NCBI GenBank assembly: GCA_017546165.1
Contig: JAFYXL010000004.1
Coordinates: 51,066-115,065 of the forward strand
Origin: Clostridia bacterium
GTDB taxonomy: Bacteria; Bacillota; Clostridia; Monoglobales; Monoglobaceae
Length of the DNA: 64,000 nt
Reading direction: 5' to 3'
The notes under the pieces were generated by a model. It saw only the letters and a program-made list of their open reading frames with translations. It did no database searches and was not told where the DNA came from. Made by a program: the position numbers and the translations under genes. Positions within the stretch are counted from its first letter, which is position 1. Each line of letters begins with the position of its first letter. Below are positions 40,064 to 50,841 of the stretch, in pieces.

Positions 40064-40145
40064 AACCTTTCTGCCTCAAATTATCCAACTTTGCTCTTGC
40101 GCTTTGTCTATTAATAAGTAAAATATAGATAATATAGAATTTTTA

Positions 40146-40667
40146 TTAATCTTCTTCAAAAATCACACGCAACCCGCCAAAAGAAATTTCATCACCATCG
40201 TGAAGAGTTTTTACCTTTTTTACCCGTATTTCGTTCAGGAATGTACCGTTTTTGCTACCCATATCACCTATGTACCAGATACCGTCTTCGTGCCATATTT
40301 GAAAATGCTCAACCGACAAATACATATCTTGAATTGAAATATCACAATCTTTTCCTCGTCCAATAATTGCACCCTTTTCCCCTATCTTATATGACGCCTT
40401 CATTTTGCTCTCGATAGATTCTCTCGTTTTTATGGTGCGAAGCTTTGCAGATGGTGGTATGTATTTTACTGTTCTTTGCTCCTCATCCTCTTCATCTTCA
40501 TCTTCAAGCTCTTCCAGTTCATTATCCGGGTCATCAATGTATTCTTCACCCCTGTTGGTCTTTTTGATATCCATATATATAAGCGCAATAACACTAAAGA
40601 TAAACAAATAAATTATAGTCGTGAAAACATAACTTAAAAGTGATGAAATCAATGAGTAAATTGACAT
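40146..40667 (-). CDS. membrane-anchored FHA-domain protein (FhaB/FipA-like)
   Basis: N-terminal TM segment, acidic linker (EELEDEDEEDEE) and a C-terminal FHA domain (IGRGKDCDI...SVEH...GSKNGTFLN). Start moved to ATG 40667 (GGGAGG RBS). Confidence 0.85.
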   Translation of the reverse strand: MSIYSLISSLLSYVFTTIIYLFIFSVIALIYMDIKKTNRGEEYIDDPDNELEELEDEDEEDEEQRTVKYIPPSAKLRTIKTRESIESKMKASYKIGEKGAIIGRGKDCDISIQDMYLSVEHFQIWHEDGIWYIGDMGSKNGTFLNEIRVKKVKTLHDGDEISFGGLRVIFEED

Positions 40668-40703
40668 AACTTGTCCTCCCTTATAAAAGAGAAATAATTT
40701 GGG

Positions 40704-40737
40704 AAAAGGCAATAGTGCAAATCGCACTATTGCCTTT
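40704..40737 (-). terminator. rho-independent terminator after the mfd / prsA-like unit
   Basis: AAAA-GGCAATAGTGC-aaatc-GCACTATTGCC-TTTT. Confidence 0.75.
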
Positions 40738-40744
40738 TATTAAA

Positions 40745-42211
40745 CTATTCTGCAGCCTCCCCGGTTTCAACTTCCTCAGGTGCGCCAAAGTAATCTTTAA
40801 GGTTAATTGTTATTGTCATCTTGTCAAATACGCCTTTTTTGATGTTTACAGGAACAGTTTTTTGCAAAACAGAAATATAATCATCTGTTGTTACTGCCCT
40901 TTCAACACGCTTGATGATATGATAACCATAGGTTGTTTCAACCAACTCACTTACCTCGCCTATTTTAAGTGCAAATGAAGCATCTTCAAACTCTTTCACC
41001 ATAGTGCCGTTCTGTTCAAAGGTATAACCTTCATCTGTCATACCCGGGTCTTCATTATATTCTTTTACAAGCTTGTCAAAATCTTGGCCATTTTTAACCT
41101 TAGCAAGTACTTCTTCCGCTTTTTTCTTTGCGGTAGCTTTTGCTTCATCAGTTACTTTTCCCTCTTCGTCAAACTCAAAACTGATAAGAATATGCTTTAC
41201 TGTAACCTTCTCATCGCCAAGATTTTTCTTAATGTCAGGAGTTACGTAATTAGAAAGATTCTTTTCAATGTCTTCATAAACCTTCTGCATATACAACTGA
41301 ATTTTTTGAAGTTCATACAGTGTAGCCTCGTCTGCATAACCACTTTGTTTAAGAACTTTTTCAAATTCAGCGCCGTAAGATTCCTTCTGCTCAGCTATCC
41401 AGTCTTTAATCTTTTTGTCATCCTCTTCGGTAAATTCTATACCTCTCTTCTCACCCTCTGCAATTACTGCATAGATAGGTATAAGAGTTTCAACAGCCAT
41501 AGCTTTTGAAATTTCAGTGTATGAAAGGTCCATTCCCTCTCCCACAGCATTCCAGTCAAAGTTGTCAACATCAGAAATCATACCCGCTTGAGCAAGTGAA
41601 TAAACGCAGTTAATTCCTGAAGAATTTGTAACAAAATTCAGAACATCCTTATCAACAGCAGCTCCATTGATTTTCATTACAGCATCCTTGTTCTTACCTA
41701 TTATATTCTCAAAAAGTGTAACTACAGGATTTTCATATCTAATGTTATCTGTCTTAAATTTTGCCCAAAATCCCGCTTTCTCAGATTCACTTGTAGCAGT
41801 AGGATTGTTAACAACGTTTTTACTTCCTACACCCTCTGTATAGCAAATAAAGAACGCCGCAACCGCCAAAACAGCAGCAACTATAGCTGCAATAATTGTA
41901 TTTCTTTTACACTTTTTCTTTTTCAAAGCATTGATGGCAGCAAGCTCTTCCTCACTAGGTTCAACAATCTTCTGCTCTACAACATCTTCTGCTATAGTTT
42001 CATCGGATTCAGATTTATCGGACTGACACTCATCACCAATCAAGTCATTGCTTTGTTCCACAACTGCAGATTCAACCTCTTGAGTAACTTCTTCCGGATT
42101 TTCAGTCTCCGTTTCTTCTGTATCAACGCTTTCCTCAATAATTTCACAGGTTTCTTCAGTAACAGATTGATCCTGAAATTTTTCGTCATTTCTGATGTTA
42201 TCATTTTCCAT
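40745..42211 (-). CDS. parvulin-type peptidyl-prolyl isomerase (PrsA/SurA-like) with an acidic N-terminal extension
   Basis: TM segment IIAAIVAAVLAVAAFFI, and a PpiC-type domain (KHILISF....FEDASFAL..GEVS..VETTYGYHIIK). Start moved to ATG 42211 (GAGGAA RBS) to avoid overlap with mfd. Confidence 0.82.
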   Translation of the reverse strand: MENDNIRNDEKFQDQSVTEETCEIIEESVDTEETETENPEEVTQEVESAVVEQSNDLIGDECQSDKSESDETIAEDVVEQKIVEPSEEELAAINALKKKKCKRNTIIAAIVAAVLAVAAFFICYTEGVGSKNVVNNPTATSESEKAGFWAKFKTDNIRYENPVVTLFENIIGKNKDAVMKINGAAVDKDVLNFVTNSSGINCVYSLAQAGMISDVDNFDWNAVGEGMDLSYTEISKAMAVETLIPIYAVIAEGEKRGIEFTEEDDKKIKDWIAEQKESYGAEFEKVLKQSGYADEATLYELQKIQLYMQKVYEDIEKNLSNYVTPDIKKNLGDEKVTVKHILISFEFDEEGKVTDEAKATAKKKAEEVLAKVKNGQDFDKLVKEYNEDPGMTDEGYTFEQNGTMVKEFEDASFALKIGEVSELVETTYGYHIIKRVERAVTTDDYISVLQKTVPVNIKKGVFDKMTITINLKDYFGAPEEVETGEAAE

Positions 42212-42275
42212 AACACATTTCCTCATTTCTAATTTTGTACTATTCTTGCATATTAATTTTATTATACTACACTCT

Positions 42276-45200
42276 TTAGATTTTTTCAATAAATTCTTTT
42301 ATATTCCTCAAATATTCTTTGTTGGACTTATTCTTCGGAATTTTGTAAATTACTTTAGGTTTTTTTCCGTTTTTCAGCTGAATTCTTCCCTTCATAAAAT
42401 CATCGCTGACAACAAGACCACAGAGGTCAGGTGCATTTTCAGGGTCAAAAAGCAAAGTAAGATATTCCTTGTCACCTTTAACCTCAGTAAATTTTTTCAC
42501 CGATGCCATTTTGCGAATAAGAGAAAGTTCCATAAGATTGCTTACTGAATCCGGAACGTCACCATATCTGTCCAGGAGTTCATCGTAAGTATCCCTTAGG
42601 TCAACATCGCTTTCAATTGACGCAATCTTTTTATATGCACCAATCCTCTGTGCGTGAGCCAAAATAAATTTTTCAGGAATAAAGGCATTTACAGGCATAT
42701 CAATTTTAGTTTCAATTTCCTCGTCAACAGGATTACCCTGCATTTCACTTACAGTCTCTGCAAGTAGTTTGCAGTACATTTCATAACCTACGCTTTCCAT
42801 ATGACCACTTTGTTGCAGGCCTATTACATTACCCGTACCTCGGATTTCAAGGTCACGCATTGCAATCTTAAAGCCTGAACCAAATTCAGTAAACTCACGT
42901 ATTGCCTTGAGTCTTTTTTGTGCATCTTCATTGAGCACCTTGTCACGGCGATAGGTAAGATAGGCATACGCAAGACGATTTGAGCGCCCCACTCGTCCTC
43001 TGAGCTGATAAAGCTGCGCAAGACCTAATCTGTCTGCATCTTCGATGATTATTGTATTTACATTGGGTATATCAAGACCTGTCTCAATAATGGTGGTACA
43101 TACCAACACATCAATTTCGCCCTCAGAAACATCCATCATTATGTTTTCCAGTTCCCGTTCAGACATCTTGCCGTGGGCAATTGCAACTCTTGCTTCAGGC
43201 ACCATTTTTTCAATTTCCAAGGCAGTTTTTTCAATTCCCTGAACACGATTGTGAAGGTAATAAACCTGCCCTCCACGTGACATTTCACGATTTATTGCTT
43301 CCCTCACAATATCACCATCGTATTCCATAACATAAGTTGCCACAGGATATCTGTCCTCAGGCGGTTCAGCAATAACGCTCATATCACGGATACCTGTCAT
43401 TGACATATGGAGAGTTCGCGGTATAGGTGTGGCAGAAAGGGTGAGCACATCTATTTCCTTTTTAATTTCCTTTATGCGTTCCTTGTGACCTACGCCAAAA
43501 CGCTGTTCTTCATCAATAATAAGAAGTCCAAGTTTTTTAAACTCAATAGTCTTTTGCAGAATTTTGTGTGTTCCTATAACAATATCACACTCACCGCTTT
43601 TTAGCTGTTTAACCACATTTTTTTGTTGAGTCTGTGTGGAAAACCTTGATAAGCAGGAAATATTTACCGGATAATCCTTCATTCGTTGTCTGAAGTTATT
43701 ATAATGCTGATTTGCAAGTATGGTTGTAGGAACCAGATATGCCACCTGATACCCATCCATAACAGCCTTGAATGCTGCACGCATAGCAACCTCAGTTTTG
43801 CCATACCCAACATCTCCGCAAAGAAGCCTCTCCATAGGATGTGGTTTTTCCATATCCGCCTTTACTTCGCTTATACATCTTAGCTGGTCATCTGTTTCAT
43901 CGTATGGGAATGCAGCTTCAAAATCACGTTGCCATTCCGTATCTTTTGAGAATTCTATGCCGCGAATCGACTCGCGCTGAGCATACAGCAAGGTAAGTTC
44001 CTTTGCCATATCAGCGCAGGAAGACTTTACCCTCTGCTTTGCTCGGTTCCAATCCTGTCCGCCAAGGCTGTTGAGTTTAACCTTTCCTACATCACTTGAG
44101 GTATGCTTGTAAATATAGCTTAACTGGTCTGTAGGAACATAGAGGAAGTCTCCTCCCTTATAAACAAGCTTTAAATAATCCTTTTGGGCACCTTCAACAG
44201 AAAGCCGTTCAATGCCCATATATTGACCGATACCGTGATTTTGGTGAACAACAAAATCACCTACCGAAATATCCGTGAAATTTGATATTTTATTCTTCTT
44301 CTCAACCTTAAAGCGTTTGCGTTTGCGACGTTCTCCGCCAAAAATCTCTTTATCGCTTATTACAACAGTCCTGATAAGTGGATATTCAAAACCTCGGCTG
44401 AGTCCGCCACGAACAATTGTAATTGAACCCTCCTTTGAAAGTTCTTCAAGAGTTTCAACTCTTCTGTTTGGAAATCCTTCATCATCAAGCTGCCGTGAAA
44501 GATTTTCGCATCTATGGTCTGAACCTGCCAGAATTATAATACGATACTTATTCTTTTGATAAAATTTTAAAGCATCATAGAAAAATTCCATTTTGCCGCC
44601 ATAACTATTAAGGCTTTTGGCAGTAAAACTAATAAACTTTTTGGGTTTTGGTTCACAATTTGCATGTGACAGGGGGCAGAGATTTACCGCACCAATCTCC
44701 GCAAATTTTTTTGCCGCATCCAAAAATTCAAAATTGTATTTTAGCTTTCCTCCCCACAATATTCCTCGCTCAATCAAATCCTTAAGCATCTCATTTTTTT
44801 GTGTTACTTCACTTTTCGCAGTTTCATAAATCCTTGCAGGATCATCAACAAATACAATATATCCTTCTGATAAATAGTCTAAGATAGTAGGAATCTCTTC
44901 GAGATAAAATTCCGGTATATACTTATCGCGGGATGGAAAGGTTATTCCCTCTTTTAATCTTTCAATATCCCTCTTTAGTATCTGAATTAACTTTTGTGTG
45001 TTTTCATTTGATTCTTCTTTTGAAAGCAGCTTATTTAATTTCTTATTCAATGATTTTAAAACTCTTTCAAGCATCTCAGAGTTTGTTACAATCTCATCAG
45101 CCGGTGTTATTCTGGCTACTATGTCTTCATAGCTGTCATTAACTGTCCGCTGAGTTTCGGGGTGGAACCGACGAATTGAATCAACCATACAATCAAAAAA

Positions 45201-45785
45201 TTCAACACGAAAAGGCATTTCGCTCCAGAATGGAAAAAAGTCAAAAATTCCGCCTCTTATGCTGAACTGTCCCTGTCCTTCAACCAGTTCCTCCCTTTTG
45301 TAACCTAACTCCAACATTATATTGCAAAGAGTATCAAGCTCAATTTCGTCATCTACCTTTAGCTCTATCATCCGCTCCTGATAAACAGATTTTGGTACAG
45401 TAGCACTAAGCAAGGCTGTTATAGTAGTAACCACGGCGTACTCACAAGGGGAACAAATCAGCTTATCCAAGGCATCCAGGCGTTTTTTCTTTATATCATT
45501 AGCCGATGCTTCAATATCATAAAAAAGTAAATCTCTTGACGGAAAAAGCAATACCTTTTCGCCGTAAAAAAACTTTAAATCATCAAACAAAACCTTCGCC
45601 TGAGCATCTGTTGAAGTTACAAAAAGTGGAGTTTTATTTAATTTTTTGCATACTGAAAATGCTATGTGGGCACGTACAGCGTCACCTACCCCCATAACAC
45701 TCAATGGGGACTGCCCTTTGGCAAGTCCCCCTCTTATTTCTTCAAAATCAGCAAGATTGTCTAAGATTTCAATAAACCCTTTCAT
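42276..45785 (-). CDS. mfd: transcription-repair coupling factor
   Basis: 1169 aa, GDVGYGKTEVA Walker A, DEEQRFG box, helicase motif VI (QLRGRVGRS) and an RNAP-interaction domain. Confidence 0.96.
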   Translation of the reverse strand: MKGFIEILDNLADFEEIRGGLAKGQSPLSVMGVGDAVRAHIAFSVCKKLNKTPLFVTSTDAQAKVLFDDLKFFYGEKVLLFPSRDLLFYDIEASANDIKKKRLDALDKLICSPCEYAVVTTITALLSATVPKSVYQERMIELKVDDEIELDTLCNIMLELGYKREELVEGQGQFSIRGGIFDFFPFWSEMPFRVEFFDCMVDSIRRFHPETQRTVNDSYEDIVARITPADEIVTNSEMLERVLKSLNKKLNKLLSKEESNENTQKLIQILKRDIERLKEGITFPSRDKYIPEFYLEEIPTILDYLSEGYIVFVDDPARIYETAKSEVTQKNEMLKDLIERGILWGGKLKYNFEFLDAAKKFAEIGAVNLCPLSHANCEPKPKKFISFTAKSLNSYGGKMEFFYDALKFYQKNKYRIIILAGSDHRCENLSRQLDDEGFPNRRVETLEELSKEGSITIVRGGLSRGFEYPLIRTVVISDKEIFGGERRKRKRFKVEKKNKISNFTDISVGDFVVHQNHGIGQYMGIERLSVEGAQKDYLKLVYKGGDFLYVPTDQLSYIYKHTSSDVGKVKLNSLGGQDWNRAKQRVKSSCADMAKELTLLYAQRESIRGIEFSKDTEWQRDFEAAFPYDETDDQLRCISEVKADMEKPHPMERLLCGDVGYGKTEVAMRAAFKAVMDGYQVAYLVPTTILANQHYNNFRQRMKDYPVNISCLSRFSTQTQQKNVVKQLKSGECDIVIGTHKILQKTIEFKKLGLLIIDEEQRFGVGHKERIKEIKKEIDVLTLSATPIPRTLHMSMTGIRDMSVIAEPPEDRYPVATYVMEYDGDIVREAINREMSRGGQVYYLHNRVQGIEKTALEIEKMVPEARVAIAHGKMSERELENIMMDVSEGEIDVLVCTTIIETGLDIPNVNTIIIEDADRLGLAQLYQLRGRVGRSNRLAYAYLTYRRDKVLNEDAQKRLKAIREFTEFGSGFKIAMRDLEIRGTGNVIGLQQSGHMESVGYEMYCKLLAETVSEMQGNPVDEEIETKIDMPVNAFIPEKFILAHAQRIGAYKKIASIESDVDLRDTYDELLDRYGDVPDSVSNLMELSLIRKMASVKKFTEVKGDKEYLTLLFDPENAPDLCGLVVSDDFMKGRIQLKNGKKPKVIYKIPKNKSNKEYLRNIKEFIEKI

Positions 45786-45804
45786 TATCCAAATCCTCTA
45801 AAGA

Positions 45805-46365
45805 TTAGTTATAATTTGACATTGCTTTTTCAATACCATTTTTTATGATTTCCCCTACCGCTTCAGCGACCTTAACAGCTATAGGTATAAGCTCCTTCAC
45901 CTCTGCCTTTGTAAACCTGGCAAGAACATAGTCCGCAAGGTCAAAATCAGGATTTTCAGGGCTACCTACACCGATTTTTATACGGGGAAACAAATCTGAA
46001 TTAATCTGATAAATAATGCTCTTCATACCGTTGTGACCGCCGGCACTGCCTTTGGGTCTTATCCGCATTTTTCCAACAGGAAGAGATACATCATCATATA
46101 TTATTATTATTTGCGAATCTTCAACCTTATACCAGGACTTAAATTCACAGATAGCTTCACCGCTTAAATTCATAAAGGTCTGGGGCTTTACAAGGACCAC
46201 CTTTTCACCCTCTATGACACCTTCGCCGTAAAGTGCATTGAACTTTGCTTTTTTAATGTCAATATTATATTTTGCGGCAACTGCATCAAGTGCCTCAAAT
46301 CCCATATTATGCCTTGTCCCCACATACTTTCGTCCGGGGTTTCCAAGACCTGCAATTATATACAT
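45805..46365 (-). CDS. pth: peptidyl-tRNA hydrolase
   Basis: GLGNPG...Y..TRHNMGF and GGHNG motifs. Confidence 0.95.
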   Translation of the reverse strand: MYIIAGLGNPGRKYVGTRHNMGFEALDAVAAKYNIDIKKAKFNALYGEGVIEGEKVVLVKPQTFMNLSGEAICEFKSWYKVEDSQIIIIYDDVSLPVGKMRIRPKGSAGGHNGMKSIIYQINSDLFPRIKIGVGSPENPDFDLADYVLARFTKAEVKELIPIAVKVAEAVGEIIKNGIEKAMSNYN

Positions 46366-46376
46366 TTTATCTACTC

Positions 46377-47423
46377 CTATTGTGACTTTACCTTAGTCCA
46401 AAGTTCTGCACAGTACTTCTTTGTCTCAGCATCCTGATACCTGAAGTATTCATCCTTTGCGCCACCCTGTCTTGGAACATAAGCGCTGTTATCATTATAG
46501 ATTGTATCACGAACCTCTTCAAATACTTCCTGCACAGATGAAGTATAGCCAACCGCCTCAGAATTTTTGAAAGCATTTTCAGCATCAAGCATAAAATCAA
46601 TAAACTTGTGTGAAAGTTCAACATCTGCGCAATCTTTTGTTACAACCATTCCGTCAACCCAGATATTGGTACCTTCCTCCGGCTCAAAATACTCAAGGTT
46701 TTCATTCTCTGACATAATATATGCCGCATCACCTGAATATACGATAGCAATTGATTTGTTGCCTGAAATCATATTGTCAATAACCTCGTCTCCCACATAT
46801 ACAGGATTCATTATTTCATTCTGTTCAACCAGCCATTCATAAGCCTTGTCAAGCTCGCTTTTATCATCTGTGTTAAGTGAATATCCAAGGGCCTTAAGGG
46901 CAATCATAAATGAATCTCGTTCCGAATCGTACATATAGATGTCATCTTTATACTTGGGATTTTTAAGAATCTCCCAACCGGCATTTATGTCTTCCTCTGA
47001 TACGACAGTTTTATCGTAAAGGATACCTACGCTGCCCCAAAAATAAGGAACAGCATACTTGTTTTCAGGGTCAAAATCCTTTGATAAAATACCGGGTATG
47101 AGTTTTTCATAATTTGATATTTGGGTCTTGTCTATCTCCTGCAGGAATCCTTCCTTTATCAAACGTTCAATCATATAATCTGACGGAATTATTACGTCAT
47201 ACTTCTCTCCACTCATTACCTTTGTGTACATAGATTCGTTTGAATCAAAAGTCTCATATATTACCCTGCAGTCATTTTCCCTTTCAAAATCTGAAATAAG
47301 CGAAGTATCAATATATTCACCGGCATTATACACCTTGATGCTTGGCTTCTCTTCACCACAGCCAACCAATCCAAGTATTAAAACCCCGCATATAATCAAA
47401 CTAATTACTTTTTTCATTTGCAA
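46377..47423 (-). CDS. potD: spermidine/putrescine ABC transporter substrate-binding lipoprotein
   Basis: Lipobox LVGC, PotD-like fold, last gene of the pot operon. Confidence 0.88.
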   Translation of the reverse strand: MQMKKVISLIICGVLILGLVGCGEEKPSIKVYNAGEYIDTSLISDFERENDCRVIYETFDSNESMYTKVMSGEKYDVIIPSDYMIERLIKEGFLQEIDKTQISNYEKLIPGILSKDFDPENKYAVPYFWGSVGILYDKTVVSEEDINAGWEILKNPKYKDDIYMYDSERDSFMIALKALGYSLNTDDKSELDKAYEWLVEQNEIMNPVYVGDEVIDNMISGNKSIAIVYSGDAAYIMSENENLEYFEPEEGTNIWVDGMVVTKDCADVELSHKFIDFMLDAENAFKNSEAVGYTSSVQEVFEEVRDTIYNDNSAYVPRQGGAKDEYFRYQDAETKKYCAELWTKVKSQ

Positions 47424-48204
47424 CCGCCCTCTTTCTCTTAAGTAATGGAATAATATTCACGACCAAAACCGCAATAAAAATTACAAGAATAACTATTGTA
47501 GATAATGCATTGATTGTTGGATTTGTACGTTTTGTCATATTATAAACAATTATTGAAATGTTCATTACCCCATTTCCGCTTACGAAATAAGAGATAACAA
47601 AATCATCAAAAGACATTGTAAACGCAAGCAGAACTCCCGCAATAATTCCCGGTTTTATCATAGGAACAACTACCTTTGTCAGCGCCTGCCAAGGGGTTGC
47701 ACCAAGATCCATCGCCGCATTGGCAATGCTTGGGTCAAGACTGCGGACCTTTGGATATACGCTGGTTATAACATAAGGTGTACAGAATGATATATGGGCA
47801 AGAAGCATTGTCAGATATCCTTTTTCAATCTTCATTGCTGAAAAAAGGAGCATCAAGCCGATTGCCGTTACTATTTCAGGATTCATAATAGGTATATTAT
47901 TAATATTTGTTATCCATTCCCTGATTAATTTTCGATTTTTAGAAAGTCCTATTGCTGTAATCGTACCGAGAACGGTGGAAATGGCAGTAGCAAGCACCGC
48001 TACACTGACCGACACCCACACAGCCGACATAATTTCAGAATTTTCAATAAGCTCAATGTACCACTTAAGCGAAAACCCGGTAAACTTTGTCAGGGACTTT
48101 GATGAGTTGAAAGAAAACAGCATTGTAACAAAAATAGGTATGTAAAAAAACGCAAAACAAAGTGCCACATATAATCCTTTTGAAAGTTTAGCCAACTTTT
48201 TCAC
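47401..48204 (-). CDS. potC: spermidine/putrescine ABC transporter permease
   Basis: Six TM segments and an EAA-loop (AAMDLGATPWQALTKVVVP). Start moved to GTG 48204 (AAAGGAGGG RBS, 8-nt spacer). Confidence 0.88.
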   Translation of the reverse strand: MKKLAKLSKGLYVALCFAFFYIPIFVTMLFSFNSSKSLTKFTGFSLKWYIELIENSEIMSAVWVSVSVAVLATAISTVLGTITAIGLSKNRKLIREWITNINNIPIMNPEIVTAIGLMLLFSAMKIEKGYLTMLLAHISFCTPYVITSVYPKVRSLDPSIANAAMDLGATPWQALTKVVVPMIKPGIIAGVLLAFTMSFDDFVISYFVSGNGVMNISIIVYNMTKRTNPTINALSTIVILVIFIAVLVVNIIPLLKRKRAVANEKSN

Positions 48205-48218
48205 AGCAAGTCCCTCCT

Positions 48219-49046
48219 TTACTTTTGTGAATTTTCGCCTGTGTCTATTTTCTTCATCCAACGTATTGCAAGCAAAATTATAGATGCAAGAAGAATAGAA
48301 ATAGCACTGCCAAAATTCCAGTCGCCAACAGATATAAACTGATTTTCAATCAAGTTGCCCATAAGCACATATTGGCCGCCGCCAAGGAGTTTGGGTATAA
48401 CGAATGTAGATATTGAAAGCAAAAATACCATTATTACACCATTTAATACTCCCGGAATAGACAATTTAAATGTAACCTTGAAAAAGGTCTGCACAGGGTT
48501 TGCTCCCAGGTCATATGCTGCCTCAGTATAGGATTTATCCATTTTGCTGAGGGAAGTATGTATAGGAATTATCATATACGGCAAAAAGTCGCAAATTTGC
48601 CCTATCATAACCGCAAAATCAGTGTACATCATCGAAATCGGAGAAAGACCCAATTTTTCAAGAAAAGTATTTATAATTCCATTGTCTGACAAAATGCTTA
48701 TCCATGCGTAAGTACGAAGAAGCATATTTATCCACATCGGAATGGTCACAAGAAGTATCAGTACGGTTTGTGTCCGCTCCTTAAACTGAGCAATAATGTA
48801 AGCAAGTGTATAACCCACAACCAAACATATTGCAACCGTTATAATACCAAGCTTAAGTGACTTTACAAAAACATTCAGATATACAGGCTCTGCAAATCTT
48901 TTAAAGTTTTCAAAAGTGAATTGAATATTCACAAGTGAATTCCCACTGTTTGTAACAGCATATAAAAGCATAACAAAAAGCGGAATTATAATCATCACGG
49001 AAGACCATAATACATATGGTTTCACCAGATTTTTGAAATATTTCAT
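48219..49046 (-). CDS. potB: spermidine/putrescine ABC transporter permease
   Basis: Six TM segments and an EAA-loop (EAAYDLGANPVQTFFKVTF). Confidence 0.88.
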   Translation of the reverse strand: MKYFKNLVKPYVLWSSVMIIIPLFVMLLYAVTNSGNSLVNIQFTFENFKRFAEPVYLNVFVKSLKLGIITVAICLVVGYTLAYIIAQFKERTQTVLILLVTIPMWINMLLRTYAWISILSDNGIINTFLEKLGLSPISMMYTDFAVMIGQICDFLPYMIIPIHTSLSKMDKSYTEAAYDLGANPVQTFFKVTFKLSIPGVLNGVIMVFLLSISTFVIPKLLGGGQYVLMGNLIENQFISVGDWNFGSAISILLASIILLAIRWMKKIDTGENSQK

Positions 49047-49074
49047 AAGACCAATCTCCCTTTTGTCTGTATGC

Positions 49075-50112
49075 TTATACCATCTTCCACATTACGTGAA
49101 TATCCTCAGGCCCAAATGAAAGACCAACCTCCAGGCCTACATCAAAAAAGTCTGTTGTATGTATCATATAACTACGAAGGTCAGTTTTTACCATAATTTC
49201 ATAATGAACGCCTTTGAATACCACACTCTCAACTGTACCTGTAATTTTTGCATTTTCAGGCTTTACAATATCAATATCCTCAGGTCTTAAAACGATTTCA
49301 GCCTCTTCATTTTCCTTGAAGCCTTTATCTACACATTCAAACTCAAAACCATCAAACTCAACCAAACAATCACGAACCATCTTTCCCTCGATTATGTTTG
49401 ATTCACCAATAAAACTTGCCACAAATCTGTTTTCAGGCTCGTTGTAAACATCGGTAGGTGTACCTATCTGCTGTATATAACCGTCATTCATAACAACCAC
49501 GGTATCAGACATTGAAAGGGCTTCCTCCTGGTCGTGTGTTACATATATGAAGGTAATGCCCACTTCCTTCTGAATCTTTTTAAGTTCGGTCTGCATTTCC
49601 TTTCTCAATCTTGCATCAAGTGCCCCAAGCGGCTCGTCAAGAAGAAGAACCTTTGGCTCATTTATAAGAGCTCTGGCTATTGCCACACGCTGCTGCTGGC
49701 CTCCTGAAAGAGATGTTACGTCGCGCTTTTCAAAGCCGCTTAATCCAACTAAGGCAAGCATCTTTTTTACCTTTTGCTCAATAACAGATTTTTCCGTCTT
49801 CTTAAGTTTCAACCCAAAAGATATGTTCTCTTCAACATTAAGGTGTGGGAAAAGCGCATACTTTTGAAAAACAGTATTGACCTCCCGCTTGTATGGAGGG
49901 AGTTTAGATATCTCTATTCCGTCAAACAAAAGCTCACCGCTGTCAGATTCATCAAATCCAGCAATAATACGCAAAGTCGTTGTCTTGCCGCAACCTGATG
50001 GTCCAAGCAGGGTCAGAAACTCATTCTCGTAAATTTTAAGGTTAATCCCCTTTAGTACCTGCTGGTCATCAAAGGTTTTGGTTATATTTTTTAATTCTAT
50101 CAGAGTGTTCAT
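49075..50112 (-). CDS. potA: spermidine/putrescine ABC transporter ATPase
   Basis: [24 protein letters not shown] and LLLDEP motifs, plus a C-terminal TOBE-like domain. Confidence 0.92.
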   Translation of the reverse strand: MNTLIELKNITKTFDDQQVLKGINLKIYENEFLTLLGPSGCGKTTTLRIIAGFDESDSGELLFDGIEISKLPPYKREVNTVFQKYALFPHLNVEENISFGLKLKKTEKSVIEQKVKKMLALVGLSGFEKRDVTSLSGGQQQRVAIARALINEPKVLLLDEPLGALDARLRKEMQTELKKIQKEVGITFIYVTHDQEEALSMSDTVVVMNDGYIQQIGTPTDVYNEPENRFVASFIGESNIIEGKMVRDCLVEFDGFEFECVDKGFKENEEAEIVLRPEDIDIVKPENAKITGTVESVVFKGVHYEIMVKTDLRSYMIHTTDFFDVGLEVGLSFGPEDIHVMWKMV

Positions 50113-50142
50113 AAGTCTTCTCCAATCCGAAAAATTTTGTTT

Positions 50143-50676
50143 TTAAAAAAATGGTGGTGTTGAAACCCAGATAATATCACAATCTTTTTTACCGTTATTT
50201 TCGAGATAATAGTTTTCATTACAATAGACATAAAAGCTGTCGCCCTTTTTAAGGTGATGCTTTTCACCACCATAGTAAAGATCAGCACAACCCGACAGTA
50301 CATATCCAAAATCCTCACCATCGTGAGGAATTATTGTTTGAGATTTGCCGCCGGGATAAATTGTAATTTTTATAGGTTCGGCAGAATTCTTTTGAGCATT
50401 AGGAACAAGATAGCTTATCTTGTATTCGTCCTGCTCATTTTCAAAATAATCCTTTTTTGTATAAACAATGGTGTCCTCCTTATCATCTGCAAAAAATTCC
50501 TGCAATGACGACCCCAAAACCTCAAGGATATCCTCAAGGGTTGAAATAGAGGGAGAGCAATTGTCATTTTCAAGCTGTGACAAAAATCCCTTTGAAAGTT
50601 CAGACCTGTTTGCCACATCTTCCAATGTTAATTGATTTTTTACACGAAGCTTTTTCAGCTTCTTTCCAATATCCAC
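50143..50676 (-). CDS. XRE-family HTH regulator with a C-terminal cupin domain (PuuR-like)
   Basis: HTH region (LTLEDVANRSELSKGFLSQLE) plus a cupin region (GEDFGYVLSG...GDSFYV). Start moved to GTG 50676 (GAGGTGGG RBS). Lies 30 nt upstream of potA. Confidence 0.8.
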   Translation of the reverse strand: MDIGKKLKKLRVKNQLTLEDVANRSELSKGFLSQLENDNCSPSISTLEDILEVLGSSLQEFFADDKEDTIVYTKKDYFENEQDEYKISYLVPNAQKNSAEPIKITIYPGGKSQTIIPHDGEDFGYVLSGCADLYYGGEKHHLKKGDSFYVYCNENYYLENNGKKDCDIIWVSTPPFF

Positions 50677-50841
50677 TTTTCCCACCTCGGAAATTTTAGT
50701 AATACAAAACTTTTGTTTTATTATTGTAAAACAATTGTTATTATACATAATAATAATGATTTAATCAAGTACTTTTGAAAAAATCCTCCATTTTTTATCA
50801 ATTTTTTTGTTTTTTACGGATTTTAACGTTTTTCAATAAAC

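Noticed and set aside
40460-40535. Triplet-like CTC/TTC low-complexity run
   Set aside because: It simply encodes the poly-acidic linker (EELEDEDEEDEE) of the FHA protein and is not an independent repeat element.
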